Shown: piece after piece, positions 39,680-49,396 of the stretch
Position numbering within the stretch: position 1 is the first letter of the stretch
How the letters are laid out: each line of letters opens with the position of its first letter
Source of the DNA: an uncultured Gemmatimonadales bacterium
GTDB taxonomy: Bacteria; Gemmatimonadota; Gemmatimonadetes; Gemmatimonadales; Gemmatimonadaceae
DNA length: 64,000 bases
Assembly: GCA_963701965.1 (NCBI GenBank)
Contig: OY969695.1
Coordinates: forward strand, 2,272,001 to 2,336,000
Direction of reading: 5' to 3'
Notes under the pieces: model-generated
What the model saw: the letters and a program-made list of their open reading frames with translations, nothing else
What the model was told of the DNA's origin: nothing
Database searches by the model: none
Made by a program: the position numbers and the translations under genes

Positions 39680-41181
39680 GAGCCCGCGGGGGCGTGCATC
39701 TCCAACAATGCGACCACGCGATCGGTGATTGCGTGCAACCAATCGAAGATCGTGGCGTGTCGCAACCGCTCCCGCATCTCGTGCATGCGCGCCCGGCGCT
39801 GCACCGGCGACATCTCCAGGGCGTTCCGAATGCCGGCCGCGAATCCGTCGACATTGAAAGGATTCACCAGGACGGCGCCGTCGATCTCCTCGGCCGCGCC
39901 CGTGAACCGGCTCAGGACGAGCACGCCGCGCTCGTCGATCTGACACGCGAGGAACTCCTTGGCCACCAGGTTCATCCCATCCTGGAGCGATGACACCAGG
40001 CACAAGTCCGCCGACCGATAGATCGCGGCCAACTCGGGGGCGTCGGCGTTCTCCGTGATCACGACAATGGGCGTCCAGCCCGGGGACGCGAACCGCCGGT
40101 TGATCTCCTCGGTCAGCGCCACGACTTCCGCCTGCAGCGCGCAGTACGGCGCCAACTCCGACCGCGACGGAGTGGCGACGACGAGCATGGTGAATCTCCC
40201 GCGCAGCTCCGGCGTCTCCTGCCACAGGAGATCGAGCGCCCGCAAGCGTTCGGGAATGCCCTTCGTATAGTCGATCCGGTCGACGCTCACGCCGAGCTGT
40301 TTGCCGTCCGCGGCGTAGCGCCGCCGCAACTCGGCGGCGTGTTGCGCCACGTCGGGGGCCTCGGCAATGCTCTCGAAGCGCTCGACGTCGATACTGATCG
40401 GAAAGGCGCCCACCGACATCGTCCGGCCGTCGTACGTCACCGTCCGCGCCTCGCGATCGACCGTGGCGCCCGGTAAGAGCTCGGCGACGCACGCGAGAAA
40501 ATTCTGCGCGTACCGGTCGGTGTGAAAGCCCAGCAGATCGTTTCCCACGAGACCCCGCAAGATCCCCTGGTAGACACCATACGGCAGCAGGTGCAGAATC
40601 TCCGGCGGCGGAAACGGGATGTGCCAGAACTGATGAATGAAGAGCTCGGGGCTCTCGTCGCGGCTGACCGACCGGCGGAGCAGGTTGGCCACGAGCGCGA
40701 ACTGATAGTCCTGAATCCAGACAATGGGCCGGCCGCCGACCCGCCTCGCCTCCTCGAGGACCGCTTCGGCGAATCGCGCGTTGACCGCCTGATACCGGTC
40801 CCACTGATCGGCCCGGAATTGATAGTGGTGTACAAGCAAATGGCAGAGCGGCCACAGCACGCTGTTCGCGAAGCCAAGGTAATAGCCCTCGACATCGGCC
40901 TCATCCAGCCACACGCGCCGCAGCGTATACTCCGGCTCCTCGGGCGGAGGAGGCACGCGCAGCCGCCCGTCCAAATCCGCGGTGGCATGGTCGGCCGAGC
41001 CCGATCCCCACGCGACCCACACCCCGTGGGTGCGGCGGAGCGTCGGGTCGAGGGCGCTCACGACCCCGCCGGGCGGGGATCGCACCTCGATGGCTCCGCG
41101 GTGCGACACGTGCTCGTACGGCTCCCGATTTGAGAGCAGAATCAGTGTCCGACCTTCCAGGACAGAGGCGACGTCAGCCAT
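39676..41181 (-). CDS. otsA: Trehalose-6-phosphate synthase (GT20)
   Basis: SNREP, GG...AL, YYLGFAN..LWPL.H, FWHIPFP, VDRIDYTKG, DGMNLVAKEF. Confidence 0.93.
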   Translation of the reverse strand: MADVASVLEGRTLILLSNREPYEHVSHRGAIEVRSPPGGVVSALDPTLRRTHGVWVAWGSGSADHATADLDGRLRVPPPPEEPEYTLRRVWLDEADVEGYYLGFANSVLWPLCHLLVHHYQFRADQWDRYQAVNARFAEAVLEEARRVGGRPIVWIQDYQFALVANLLRRSVSRDESPELFIHQFWHIPFPPPEILHLLPYGVYQGILRGLVGNDLLGFHTDRYAQNFLACVAELLPGATVDREARTVTYDGRTMSVGAFPISIDVERFESIAEAPDVAQHAAELRRRYAADGKQLGVSVDRIDYTKGIPERLRALDLLWQETPELRGRFTMLVVATPSRSELAPYCALQAEVVALTEEINRRFASPGWTPIVVITENADAPELAAIYRSADLCLVSSLQDGMNLVAKEFLACQIDERGVLVLSRFTGAAEEIDGAVLVNPFNVDGFAAGIRNALEMSPVQRRARMHEMRERLRHATIFDWLHAITDRVVALLEMHAPAGS

Positions 41182-41195
41182 GGAATCAATGACGG

Positions 41196-41211
41196 CGCAA
41201 CACGCGTGCCG
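41196..41211 (-). promoter_or_regulatory. Sigma54-type -24/-12 promoter for otsA-otsB-GH15
   Basis: Minus strand CGGCACGCGTGTTGCG fits TGGCAC-N5-TTGC; 14 nt upstream of the ATG. Confidence 0.65.
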
Positions 41212-41229
41212 CACTAGCTTACGCCTCTT

Positions 41230-41448
41230 ATGGCCGAGCTAACCACTGCCCAATATGACGCGCTCGAGCGCGCCATAACGAACTCGACCCGCATCGCCAT
41301 CTATCGGCGGGGCACCGAGTATGTCGTGATACCGACGCGCCTCATCTTTGCCGGCGGCCGGGAATCGCTCCAAGCCCGGCACCCGACGACCGGAGACCCG
41401 ATCAGCCTCTTCATCGATGAGGTCGAGTCGATCGATGTCGTCGGTTAA
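41230..41448 (+). CDS. Small hypothetical protein (72 aa)
   Basis: Globular-looking composition (QYDALERAI...RRGTEYVVIP...HPTTG); overlaps the rnhA start. Confidence 0.7.
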   Translation: MAELTTAQYDALERAITNSTRIAIYRRGTEYVVIPTRLIFAGGRESLQARHPTTGDPISLFIDEVESIDVVG

Positions 41449-42052
41449 GTCACTGGTCGCCGTTTATGCCGACGAATCATGTCTCGGCAACGGCCGAGAG
41501 GGTGACAATCCGGGTGGCGCCGGCGCGCTGCTCGAATATCGTCGGAGCAATGGCGCCATCGAGCGGCGTGATCTGTGGACCAGCGAGCGGGCGACGACGA
41601 ACAACCGGATGGCTCTGCGGTCGGTGATCGAGACCTTTCGCGCGCTCGCCGCCCGGCCCTGTCGCGTGGTGTTCACCAGCGATTCGCGATACCTGATCGA
41701 CGGACTCGGTGATTGGGTCTTCGGCTGGGCGGCGCGCGGATGGGTCCGCAAGGGAGGGCCCATCGAGAATCTCGCGCTGTGGCATGAGGCGATCGACGCC
41801 GTGCGGGCGGGCGATCATGAGGTCGCTTGGCGCTGGGTACGCGGCCATGCCGGCCACCCGCAGAACGAGTACGCGAATCACCTGGCCACGCGCGCCGCGG
41901 CCCAACAATCGGTTTCGAACGGCGTCGTACCGTCGGAATTCGACGCGTGGCTCGGCGAGCAGCCCTCGTTGAAGCCGCTGGCCGAGTTTCCCGACGCCGA
42001 GGCCTTCGTGCCATCACGATCGTTACCGGCGCGACCGCCGGCGCGTCGATAG
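41435..42052 (+). CDS. rnhA: Ribonuclease HI
   Basis: YADESCLGN..NPGG, TTNNRM, TSDSRY, W...GW, ENLALW, WVRGHAGHPQNE. Confidence 0.9.
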   Translation: MSSVKSLVAVYADESCLGNGREGDNPGGAGALLEYRRSNGAIERRDLWTSERATTNNRMALRSVIETFRALAARPCRVVFTSDSRYLIDGLGDWVFGWAARGWVRKGGPIENLALWHEAIDAVRAGDHEVAWRWVRGHAGHPQNEYANHLATRAAAQQSVSNGVVPSEFDAWLGEQPSLKPLAEFPDAEAFVPSRSLPARPPARR

Positions 42053-42055
42053 AAT

Positions 42056-42241
42056 ATGGTGAAATACCTGATTCTTCTCGCCATCGGCGTCGCGGTCGGT
42101 TATGGTCTGGGGTTTCAGGACGCGAAGCAGAACGACCAGAACGTCGTCGCGCGTCTCGTCGGCGCGGTGGGCGGCGCGAATCGCGACAAGGTGCGCGCGG
42201 ACGTGGACGCGCAAATGGACCGGGTTGAGAAAAAACCGTAG
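42056..42241 (+). CDS. Small membrane-anchored hypothetical protein
   Basis: N-terminal hydrophobic helix followed by GY..GF.DA. Confidence 0.65.
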   Translation: MVKYLILLAIGVAVGYGLGFQDAKQNDQNVVARLVGAVGGANRDKVRADVDAQMDRVEKKP

Positions 42242-42253
42242 TGGGTGATCGCG

Positions 42254-42880
42254 ATGGATGATCTGGATCGGCTGTTCCGTAGGCTCGTGGTCAACATCCG
42301 GGCCGACTATCCCGCGTATCTCACGAATCCGTTCCCGGTCGCGGAGCTCTACCAGAGTATCGTGCCCTACCGGCACAACCGGTCGGAGTTGGAGATCGGC
42401 GTCCCCGGCGACTACGAATTGGCGCTGACGCGGCTGCTGGCCGGCGAGCGGGGATACGTACTCGGTGACGCCGCGATGCAGCACGCAATGCGGCAGGCCA
42501 CGGAAACCACCGCGTTCACCTATCGCAATTACGCCGCGTCGGTGATCGAGATCTCGGCCGATGCGGTGCGCGCGATCGATGACCAGATGAAGAAGCAGAA
42601 CGCGCGCACGCCCACGCCCACTGTGTCGCCCGCCACCCGCCCGGCGGCCGCGGCGCCCACGACCATTCTGGCGACCGGACCGTGCATGTTCTGCGGCGGC
42701 CCGCTGCCCGACGATCGCCGCATCACGTTCTGTCCCCACTGCGGACACAACGTCACCGTGAGACTGTGTCCCGCGTGCAGTGCGGAGCTCGAGGTCGAGT
42801 GGCGATTTTGTCCCGTCTGCGGGCGCGAGGTCGAGCTGGAAGCTCCCGAGGCAGCCGTCGAGAGCGACGCGCCGATGTAG
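42254..42880 (+). CDS. Double zinc-ribbon domain protein
   Basis: CMFC...CPHC...CPAC...CPVC at the C-terminus. Confidence 0.8.
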   Translation: MDDLDRLFRRLVVNIRADYPAYLTNPFPVAELYQSIVPYRHNRSELEIGVPGDYELALTRLLAGERGYVLGDAAMQHAMRQATETTAFTYRNYAASVIEISADAVRAIDDQMKKQNARTPTPTVSPATRPAAAAPTTILATGPCMFCGGPLPDDRRITFCPHCGHNVTVRLCPACSAELEVEWRFCPVCGREVELEAPEAAVESDAPM

Positions 42881-42898
42881 CACGATGTAGGTTTCGGG

Positions 42899-43960
42899 AT
42901 GCGCGCGTTTCGAGTGGCAGTGGTCCTTGGGCTCAGCCTCATAGGTCTCGCCGCACCACTGCACGCCCAATGGCCGATCAAGACGCGGGAACACGTCGAC
43001 CTGTGGCTCACCGCGTTCGCCGAGTTGAACGGAGACACGGCGGCAAAAGTCCCGACCTACCGCCGCGACTATCTCGAGACCATCGCGTTCGCCGAGAATC
43101 AGCACGGCCTCCTCACATCGCTCGATTCGGTCCACGACCGGTTGCAGGCGCACTGGGACGTCACCCCCACGCTCGCCGGTGCCCGGTCGCTGGCCCTCGA
43201 CGCGGGGACGTGGGAGGAGATGAACTCGGCGATCGACCTGTACTTGGAGCCGGCGCCCAAAGACCAAGGAGGCGGCGGGATCACGTTCGGGGGTCCGAAG
43301 CGACCCAAGCCCGACCCCAAGGCCCCGAAGCCCGACGTCTACAACCGGCTGCCCGATTACTTCTCGACGCCCAATGACCGGCAGTGGCTCGGCGAGCTGG
43401 CGCACGGGCTCGATGGCATGCGGTCGCAGTTCTACCATAGTTGGTGGGTCGCCGAACAACGCCGCCGGCTGCCCGTGCTGGTGGCGACCGACTCGGTGTG
43501 GCGGCGCGTCTACCAACCCAAGCTGCAAGGGTTTCTGACCGCGACGCACCAAGGCACCGGTGAGATCATTCTGTCCCTGCCCGTCAATGGCGGTGGCGTG
43601 GCGCTGCAACTGCCAAACGGCCCCAAGTCTATCGCCGTCCCGTTCCCGGACAGCGCCGACGCCGCCGTCGAAGTCGTGTACGTCTTCGCGCACGAAGCAG
43701 CAAAGACGGTCGCCGCCGACGCCATCACTGCCGGCACGACAGCCGACGAGCGACGGAATGGGATCGCCGCCCAGTACGCCGAGGCCCTCGCCGTCCGTGG
43801 CGGCGCCCTCTTGCTCCAACGGACGGCGCCGGAACTGGCCAGCGGCTATGCCCGATACTATTCGCGGGGCGGGGACCCGGCGGCGCTCGCGTCGCAGTTC
43901 CCGCTACCGGATAAGATCAGGGACGCGCTGGCGCACCAGATCGATCTCGCTATCAAATGA
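42899..43960 (+). CDS. Secreted hypothetical protein, degenerate zincin-like motif
   Basis: Signal peptide (LHA-Q); VFAHEAAK and a downstream EALAVRG. Confidence 0.65.
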   Translation: MRAFRVAVVLGLSLIGLAAPLHAQWPIKTREHVDLWLTAFAELNGDTAAKVPTYRRDYLETIAFAENQHGLLTSLDSVHDRLQAHWDVTPTLAGARSLALDAGTWEEMNSAIDLYLEPAPKDQGGGGITFGGPKRPKPDPKAPKPDVYNRLPDYFSTPNDRQWLGELAHGLDGMRSQFYHSWWVAEQRRRLPVLVATDSVWRRVYQPKLQGFLTATHQGTGEIILSLPVNGGGVALQLPNGPKSIAVPFPDSADAAVEVVYVFAHEAAKTVAADAITAGTTADERRNGIAAQYAEALAVRGGALLLQRTAPELASGYARYYSRGGDPAALASQFPLPDKIRDALAHQIDLAIK

Positions 43961-43989
43961 GTGTCCCGGTCCGCTATTCTTCAGGAACG

Positions 43990-44784
43990 ATGGACGACCT
44001 CCCCGCACCGGTGCCCGCCGGCGCGCTCGACCGCGCCGCGGTCGAGCGCGTCCTGGCCCGGGCGGCGGAGTTGCAGTCCCAGGGTGTGGGCGACGATCCG
44101 GCGGATGTCATTACTGACGCGCAGTTGATCGCCGCCGGCAGCGAGGTGGGCCTCTCGCTCACACACCTCCGCCAGGCCATCGCCGAAGAGCGGACGCGCG
44201 TGGGCATCCCGCTGGAGCGCGGTCTCCGCGCCCAGGTCGCGGGCGCCGGCACGGCTTCGGCTGGCCGCACAGTCGCCGGGACACCCGGCGCGGTGCTGGC
44301 GGCGCTGAATCAAACGCTCGTGCGCGACGAGAGCATGGCAGTCAAGCGCCGGTACGCCGAGCGCTGGACGTGGGAGCCGAAACGCGACTTCTGGGCGATG
44401 TTCCGCCGGCTTGGCGGCTGGCGCTTCGACCTCCAGTACGCCAGCGAAGTCGCGGCGACCGTCGTGGCGGTGGATGAGCAGCGCGTGGCGGTCCGTCTCG
44501 ACGCCGACGTCTCGCGCACACGCGATGCCCGGCTGGAGCAGGGGGCGGGCGTCGCGGCCGGCGGCGTGGCGACCGGCGTGGCGATGTTCGGGATCGGCAC
44601 CGCGGTTGCGCACCTGGTGGTCGCGGCGGTGGCCGTCACGGCCACCCTGCCGGTGATCGCCGGGATCGCGGGCGGATATATGTTGGCGCGCCGGCATCGC
44701 CAGACCGTGGAGCGGACGCAACTGGCGCTGGAGCAGGTACTCGATCGCCTGGAACATGGGGAACTGCGAGGGCGGCTGCCGTGA
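43990..44784 (+). CDS. Hypothetical membrane protein
   Basis: ERVLARAAELQ...EVGL..LRQAIAEE N-terminus; two C-terminal TM helices; GTGA-coupled to the next gene; alternative start 43957. Confidence 0.7.
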   Translation: MDDLPAPVPAGALDRAAVERVLARAAELQSQGVGDDPADVITDAQLIAAGSEVGLSLTHLRQAIAEERTRVGIPLERGLRAQVAGAGTASAGRTVAGTPGAVLAALNQTLVRDESMAVKRRYAERWTWEPKRDFWAMFRRLGGWRFDLQYASEVAATVVAVDEQRVAVRLDADVSRTRDARLEQGAGVAAGGVATGVAMFGIGTAVAHLVVAAVAVTATLPVIAGIAGGYMLARRHRQTVERTQLALEQVLDRLEHGELRGRLP

Positions 44785-45662
44785 TCGACTCGGTCGGAGT
44801 GCTCGGCGGTGGGCTCATGGGGAGCGGCATCGCCGAGGTTTCGGCACGCGCCGGTTTGCCGACGTACGTCAGAGAGGTCTCGGCGGAACTGGCCGACAAG
44901 GCGCGGCGGGCCATCGAGAAGTCGCTGGAGCGCGGCGTCGATCGCGGCAAGCTGACGCGGGGGGAGCGCGACGCGGCGCTGGCGCGCCTCGCGTTCGGCA
45001 CCGACCTCCAGGCCGCGGCCGTCGGCAAGATCGTGATCGAAGCGGTCGTCGAGGACATCGAGGTCAAGAACCACCTGTGGCGAGAGCTGAACCGGCTGGC
45101 GAAGCCCGAGACCATCTTCGCGTCGAACACATCGAGCCTCACGATCGCCGCCATGGCCATGGCCAGCGGGCGACCGGATCGGCTGATCGGGCTCCACTTT
45201 TTTAATCCCGTGCCGGTGATGCCCCTGGTCGAGGTTGTCCGCACCATTGGGACGAGCCGGGAGACGTTCGATGCGGCGGTCGCGCTGGTGACGCGGCTGG
45301 GCAAAGAGCCGATCGCCGCCAAGGACGCATCGGGGTTCATCGTGAACCGGCTCCTCGTCCCCTACATGCTGGACGCCGTGCGGGCGTTGGAGCAGGGGGT
45401 CGGCGCGACCCACGCCATCGATACCGCCATGCGGCTCGGCACGGGTCACCCGATGGGGCCCCTGACGCTGCTCGACTTCGTTGGCATCGACACGGCGTGC
45501 CGGATCGCCGAGATCATGTTCGACGAATACCGGGAAGAGCGGTTCGCCCCGCCGCCGCTGCTGCGCCGCATGGTACTCGTGGGCTGGTTCGGCCGGAAAT
45601 CCGGCCGCGGGTTCTACGACTACGCGACGGACCCACCGCAACCCACCGACCTAGGTCTGTAG
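44781..45662 (+). CDS. 3-hydroxybutyryl-CoA dehydrogenase
   Basis: GGGLMGSGIA, IEAVVE, ASNTSS, GLHFFNP, GFIVNRLL, PMGPL.LLD.VG, GRKSGRGFY. Confidence 0.93.
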   Translation: MIDSVGVLGGGLMGSGIAEVSARAGLPTYVREVSAELADKARRAIEKSLERGVDRGKLTRGERDAALARLAFGTDLQAAAVGKIVIEAVVEDIEVKNHLWRELNRLAKPETIFASNTSSLTIAAMAMASGRPDRLIGLHFFNPVPVMPLVEVVRTIGTSRETFDAAVALVTRLGKEPIAAKDASGFIVNRLLVPYMLDAVRALEQGVGATHAIDTAMRLGTGHPMGPLTLLDFVGIDTACRIAEIMFDEYREERFAPPPLLRRMVLVGWFGRKSGRGFYDYATDPPQPTDLGL

Positions 45663-47212
45663 TGCAGGGTCCGCCCGGATTTCTCGGCGCGTTCCGCGAC
45701 GACGTTCCCGCCCGCGCCGTGTACTCCGAGGCCGCGGGCATCGCGCGGATCACGCCGCTCGCCGTCGCCGTTCCCACGAGCGCCGACGACGTCGTAACGC
45801 TGGTCCGCTGGGCGAAGGCCACGCGGACGCCGCTCATCCCGCGGGGATCGGGGAGTAGCATGGCGAGCGGCGCGATCGGCCCCGGGGTCATCGTCGATCT
45901 GAGCCGCCTCGATACGATGCAACCCGTGGACGCGGCGCACCGCCGGGTGTGGGTCGGCCCGGGCGCGCTGCGCGACGCCGTCGATGCGGTCGCGGCGCGC
46001 GAGGGGCTGCGCTTTCCGGTCGACCCGTCGAGCGGCGCCTTCTGCACGATCGGCGGAATGGCCGCCACGAACGCCGCCGGCGCGCACGCGCTGCGCCTCG
46101 GCGCCATGCGGCGCTGGGTCACGGCGCTCGACTGCGTGTTCGCCGACGGCCGTCGCGAAACGATCCGCCGCGGCGGGGGCGCCGCCGCGCGTCCGGCGCT
46201 CGGGGTCAGAAAAAATTCCTCGGGATACGCGATCGGCGGGGAACTGATCGATCTGCTGGTGGGCAGCGAGGGCACGCTGGCCCTTTTCGTCGGCATCGAG
46301 TTGGCGCTGGACGCGCGGCCGGCGGCCACGGCGAGCATCCTGGCGGCGTTCCCCACCCTGGAGTCCGCGGTGGCCGGCTCGGCGGCGGCCCGTGACGCGG
46401 GCGCGGCGGCCTGCGAGTTACTCGACAAGACGTTTCTCGACGTCGCCGAGGGCGCCGCGGCGGCGGCGGGATGTCCGCCGCGGACCGAGGCGGTGCTCTT
46501 GATCGAGATGGAGGGCGGCGCCGCGGGCGCCTACGCGCTGGGCCAGGCGTTGGCGCGCGCGGGCGCGAGCCGCGTCGACGTGGCCCGCGATCCGGCGGCG
46601 GAGCGGGCGCTGTGGGCGCTGCGACATGCGGCCAGCCCGATTTTGGCGCGGCTGGATCCGGCGCTCAAGTCCATGCAGTTCATCGAGGACGGCGCGGTGC
46701 CGCCGGTCCGCCTCGCGGAGTACGTGCGCGGGGTGCGCGAGGCGTTGACGCGACACGGTGTCCGCGGGGTCATTTTTGGACACGCGGGCGATGCGCACAT
46801 CCACGTCAATCCGCTGATCGACACGCGCACGCCCGACTGGCGCGACCGGGTCGAAGCGCTCCTGGCCGACGTCGTGGACCTGACGGCGCGACTTGGCGGG
46901 ACGCTGAGCGGGGAGCACGGCGATGGGCGGCTTCGGACCCCACTGCTCGACGCCGTGTGGGACGCGGCGGCGCGCGAGTGGTTCGCGGACGTGAAACGCC
47001 AATTCGATCCGGACGGCATTCTGAATCCGGGCGTGAAGGTCCCCGTCCCCGGGCAGCGGGCGCTCGAGGACATCAAATACGATCCCGATCTCCCGGCGCT
47101 GCCGGCTGCTGCTGCCGCGGTGCTGGCCCGGGTCGAGCGCGACCGGGCATACGCGGCGTCGCGTCTCGCGTTGCTCGACGCCGCCGCTCCGCCTCGGGAC
47201 CCCGTCTCCTAG
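45662..47212 (+). CDS. FAD-linked oxidase (GlcD/D-lactate dehydrogenase family)
   Basis: PRGSGSS, VDPSS..CTIGG..ATNA.G, GSEGTL, FGHAGD.H.H, SGEHGDG, FDP.GILNPG. Confidence 0.88.
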   Translation: MQGPPGFLGAFRDDVPARAVYSEAAGIARITPLAVAVPTSADDVVTLVRWAKATRTPLIPRGSGSSMASGAIGPGVIVDLSRLDTMQPVDAAHRRVWVGPGALRDAVDAVAAREGLRFPVDPSSGAFCTIGGMAATNAAGAHALRLGAMRRWVTALDCVFADGRRETIRRGGGAAARPALGVRKNSSGYAIGGELIDLLVGSEGTLALFVGIELALDARPAATASILAAFPTLESAVAGSAAARDAGAAACELLDKTFLDVAEGAAAAAGCPPRTEAVLLIEMEGGAAGAYALGQALARAGASRVDVARDPAAERALWALRHAASPILARLDPALKSMQFIEDGAVPPVRLAEYVRGVREALTRHGVRGVIFGHAGDAHIHVNPLIDTRTPDWRDRVEALLADVVDLTARLGGTLSGEHGDGRLRTPLLDAVWDAAAREWFADVKRQFDPDGILNPGVKVPVPGQRALEDIKYDPDLPALPAAAAAVLARVERDRAYAASRLALLDAAAPPRDPVS

Positions 47213-47323
47213 CACGGCATTGTGCCCCTATCTTTGATCTCGCCGGATCGGATCTCGCGCCACCGGATCTCGCGCCTTCGCCGTCGTACCGTTCTCCCAA
47301 CTCTATTCTACCTTATAGAACAA

Positions 47324-48073
47324 GTGCTCTACCGCGCCCCGGTCGTTTCCGTGCTGTCCCGTCCCGTGTTCACGGAGCCCGCGCACTTGCCGGTGCACTG
47401 GCTCGGCGACAGCACGGACGGCGAGCGCCTCGCCGAGTTTGCCGGGCGGCTGTGCTACATGAGCCAGTCCAATCCGGCCGAGCGGGAGACCCGCGCCTAT
47501 CTGGAGAACATCAAGCGCCAGCGCCACGGGAGCGTCCTCGAGCACGCCAACTACTCGCTGCTCCTCGAGGGTGTGAGCCGCTCGCTGACGCACGAGTTGG
47601 TGCGACACCGGGCCGGCTGGGCCTTCTCGCAGTTGTCCCAGCGCTACGTCGACGAGTCCGAGGCCGCCTTCGTCGTTCCCCCGGCGATCGACGGCGACGC
47701 CGCGTTGGAGGCGGAGTGGCTCCGCCAGGTCGAGGAAGCGCAGACCACGTACGTGCGGCTGGTCGGGGAGCTCATGGAGCGCTACACGTGGGTCGCCGAC
47801 CGCGTGCACCGGCGGAAGATGGCGCGGGAAGCCGCGCGCGGCGTGCTCCCGAACTCGACGGAGACGAAGATCGTCGTCACCGCGAACGCCCGCGCCTGGC
47901 GGACGATGCTCGAATTGCGCGCGGGCGAGGGCGCCGACCTCGAGATCCGGCGACTCGCCGTCGCCGTGCTCCGGGTCCTCCGCGATGAGGCGCCCGCGTT
48001 CTTCTCCGACTTCGAGATCTACGTCGCCGACGACCGCCGCGACGCCGCGCGCGTCGGCTATCACAAGGTCTAA
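47324..48073 (+). CDS. thyX: Flavin-dependent thymidylate synthase
   Basis: AGRLCY, HGSVLEH, HELVRHRAGWAFSQLSQRY, EAARGVLP, N.RAW, EIR; start uncertain (47222 or 47324). Confidence 0.93.
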   Translation: MLYRAPVVSVLSRPVFTEPAHLPVHWLGDSTDGERLAEFAGRLCYMSQSNPAERETRAYLENIKRQRHGSVLEHANYSLLLEGVSRSLTHELVRHRAGWAFSQLSQRYVDESEAAFVVPPAIDGDAALEAEWLRQVEEAQTTYVRLVGELMERYTWVADRVHRRKMAREAARGVLPNSTETKIVVTANARAWRTMLELRAGEGADLEIRRLAVAVLRVLRDEAPAFFSDFEIYVADDRRDAARVGYHKV

Positions 48074-48164
48074 ATCAGAGCAAATCGCCAGAGTCTTTCG
48101 CGAAACGCGAGACGAGTCATTGCGCGACAAAATCGTAGTCGGTATACTCCCGCCAATTCGTAAC

Positions 48165-48180
48165 TGGCATCGCTCTTGCG
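48165..48180 (+). promoter_or_regulatory. Sigma54-type -24/-12 promoter for the ATP-grasp/GNAT/KamA operon
   Basis: TGGCATCGCTCTTGCG fits TGGCAC-N5-TTGC with one mismatch; 37 nt before the ATG. Confidence 0.68.
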
Positions 48181-48217
48181 CGTCCGTTGCACGAGGCTCA
48201 CGCACGCAAAGGACCGG

Positions 48218-49396
48218 ATGACGAGAATCGGATTCTCCTACAATCAGAAGCCAGAGCCCGATGCCACGGATCGAGGGCTGAGCGCCGCGAGTGGAGCGGT
48301 CGCCGGCAACGACGAAGACCCGGCTCGGGACGACGAACCTCCCAGTAGTCGCGCCGCGGCGCGCCGACTGGGAGCCGGCGCTTTTGGCCGCCGGGCGCTC
48401 GCCGAGCTCGAAGCCGACGACGAGTTCGCCGAATGGGATGATCCCCAGACCATCGATGCCGTCGAGCACGCCCTGTCCGCGCTGGGCGAGGTCGTGCGCT
48501 TGGAGGCGACGGAAGACTTTCCCGAGCGGCTGCGCGATGCCCGCCCGGATATCGTCTTCAACATGGTCGAGGGCCTGGGCGGGGCGAACCGCGAGGCGTT
48601 GGTGCCGGCGATCTGCGAGTTCTATGGAATTCCCTATTCCGGCAGCGACGCGTTCACGCTCGCGTTGTGTCTCGACAAAGCGCGGACCAAGGAGATCCTG
48701 TCCTACCACCGGATCCCGACCGCCGCGTTCCAGGTCGTCCACCACATCGACGACCTGGCCGCGCTGCGCCGGTTGGCCTACCCGCTGTTCGCCAAGCCGC
48801 TCCACGAAGGGTCCTCGAAGGGCATCACCGAGCGGAACCTGTGTCGCACCACGACCGAGCTCGACGCCCAAGTCGGCTTTCTGCTGGAGCGGTACCACCA
48901 GCCGGTGCTCGTCGAGGAGTTCCTGTCCGGCGACGAGTTCACCTGCGCGGTCCTCGGCAATGGCGCCGCGGCACAAGTGCTGCCGATCGTCGGCATCGAC
49001 TTCGGCGCCCTGCCACCCGGCGCGCTACCGATCTACGGATTCGAGGCGAAATGGCTCTGGGACCGGCCCGACAACCCGCTGCGGATCTTCGCCTGTCCGG
49101 CGCCCATCGATGATGAGCTGCGCCAGCAGATCGAACGCGTCTCCCTGGCCGCGTACCGCGTCCTCGGCTGCCGCGACTGGTCGCGGGTCGACGTCCGATT
49201 GGACGCCGCCGGTGTACCCAACGTCGTCGAGGTCAACCCGCTTCCGGGCATGCTCCCCGATCCCGCGGACAATTCCTGCTTTCCGAAAGCAGCGCGGGCG
49301 GCGGGGATGACGTACGATGAGTTGATCCAGACGTGTCTACTCAACGCCGCCGAGCGGCAACACGTGCACATCAAGGCCAAAGGGAGAGGGGCGTGA
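48218..49396 (+). CDS. Ddl-like ATP-grasp ligase 1 (not a canonical D-Ala-D-Ala ligase)
   Basis: VFNMVEG, PYSGSD, LDKARTK, KP.HEGSSKGI, VEEFL.G.EF, RVDVR, EVNPLPG; lacks the N-terminal GG.S.E motif. Confidence 0.85.
   Translation: MTRIGFSYNQKPEPDATDRGLSAASGAVAGNDEDPARDDEPPSSRAAARRLGAGAFGRRALAELEADDEFAEWDDPQTIDAVEHALSALGEVVRLEATEDFPERLRDARPDIVFNMVEGLGGANREALVPAICEFYGIPYSGSDAFTLALCLDKARTKEILSYHRIPTAAFQVVHHIDDLAALRRLAYPLFAKPLHEGSSKGITERNLCRTTTELDAQVGFLLERYHQPVLVEEFLSGDEFTCAVLGNGAAAQVLPIVGIDFGALPPGALPIYGFEAKWLWDRPDNPLRIFACPAPIDDELRQQIERVSLAAYRVLGCRDWSRVDVRLDAAGVPNVVEVNPLPGMLPDPADNSCFPKAARAAGMTYDELIQTCLLNAAERQHVHIKAKGRGA

Noticed and set aside
47235..47280. GGATCTCGCGCC short direct repeats before thyX
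   Set aside because: Only two full copies plus a partial one; no supportable function
48074..48164. c-di-GMP-I or lysine riboswitch upstream of the KamA operon (GCAAA...GAAA hairpin)
   Set aside because: Required pairing and downstream conserved segment not found, and the region lies upstream of the predicted sigma54 start; an Rfam search would settle it
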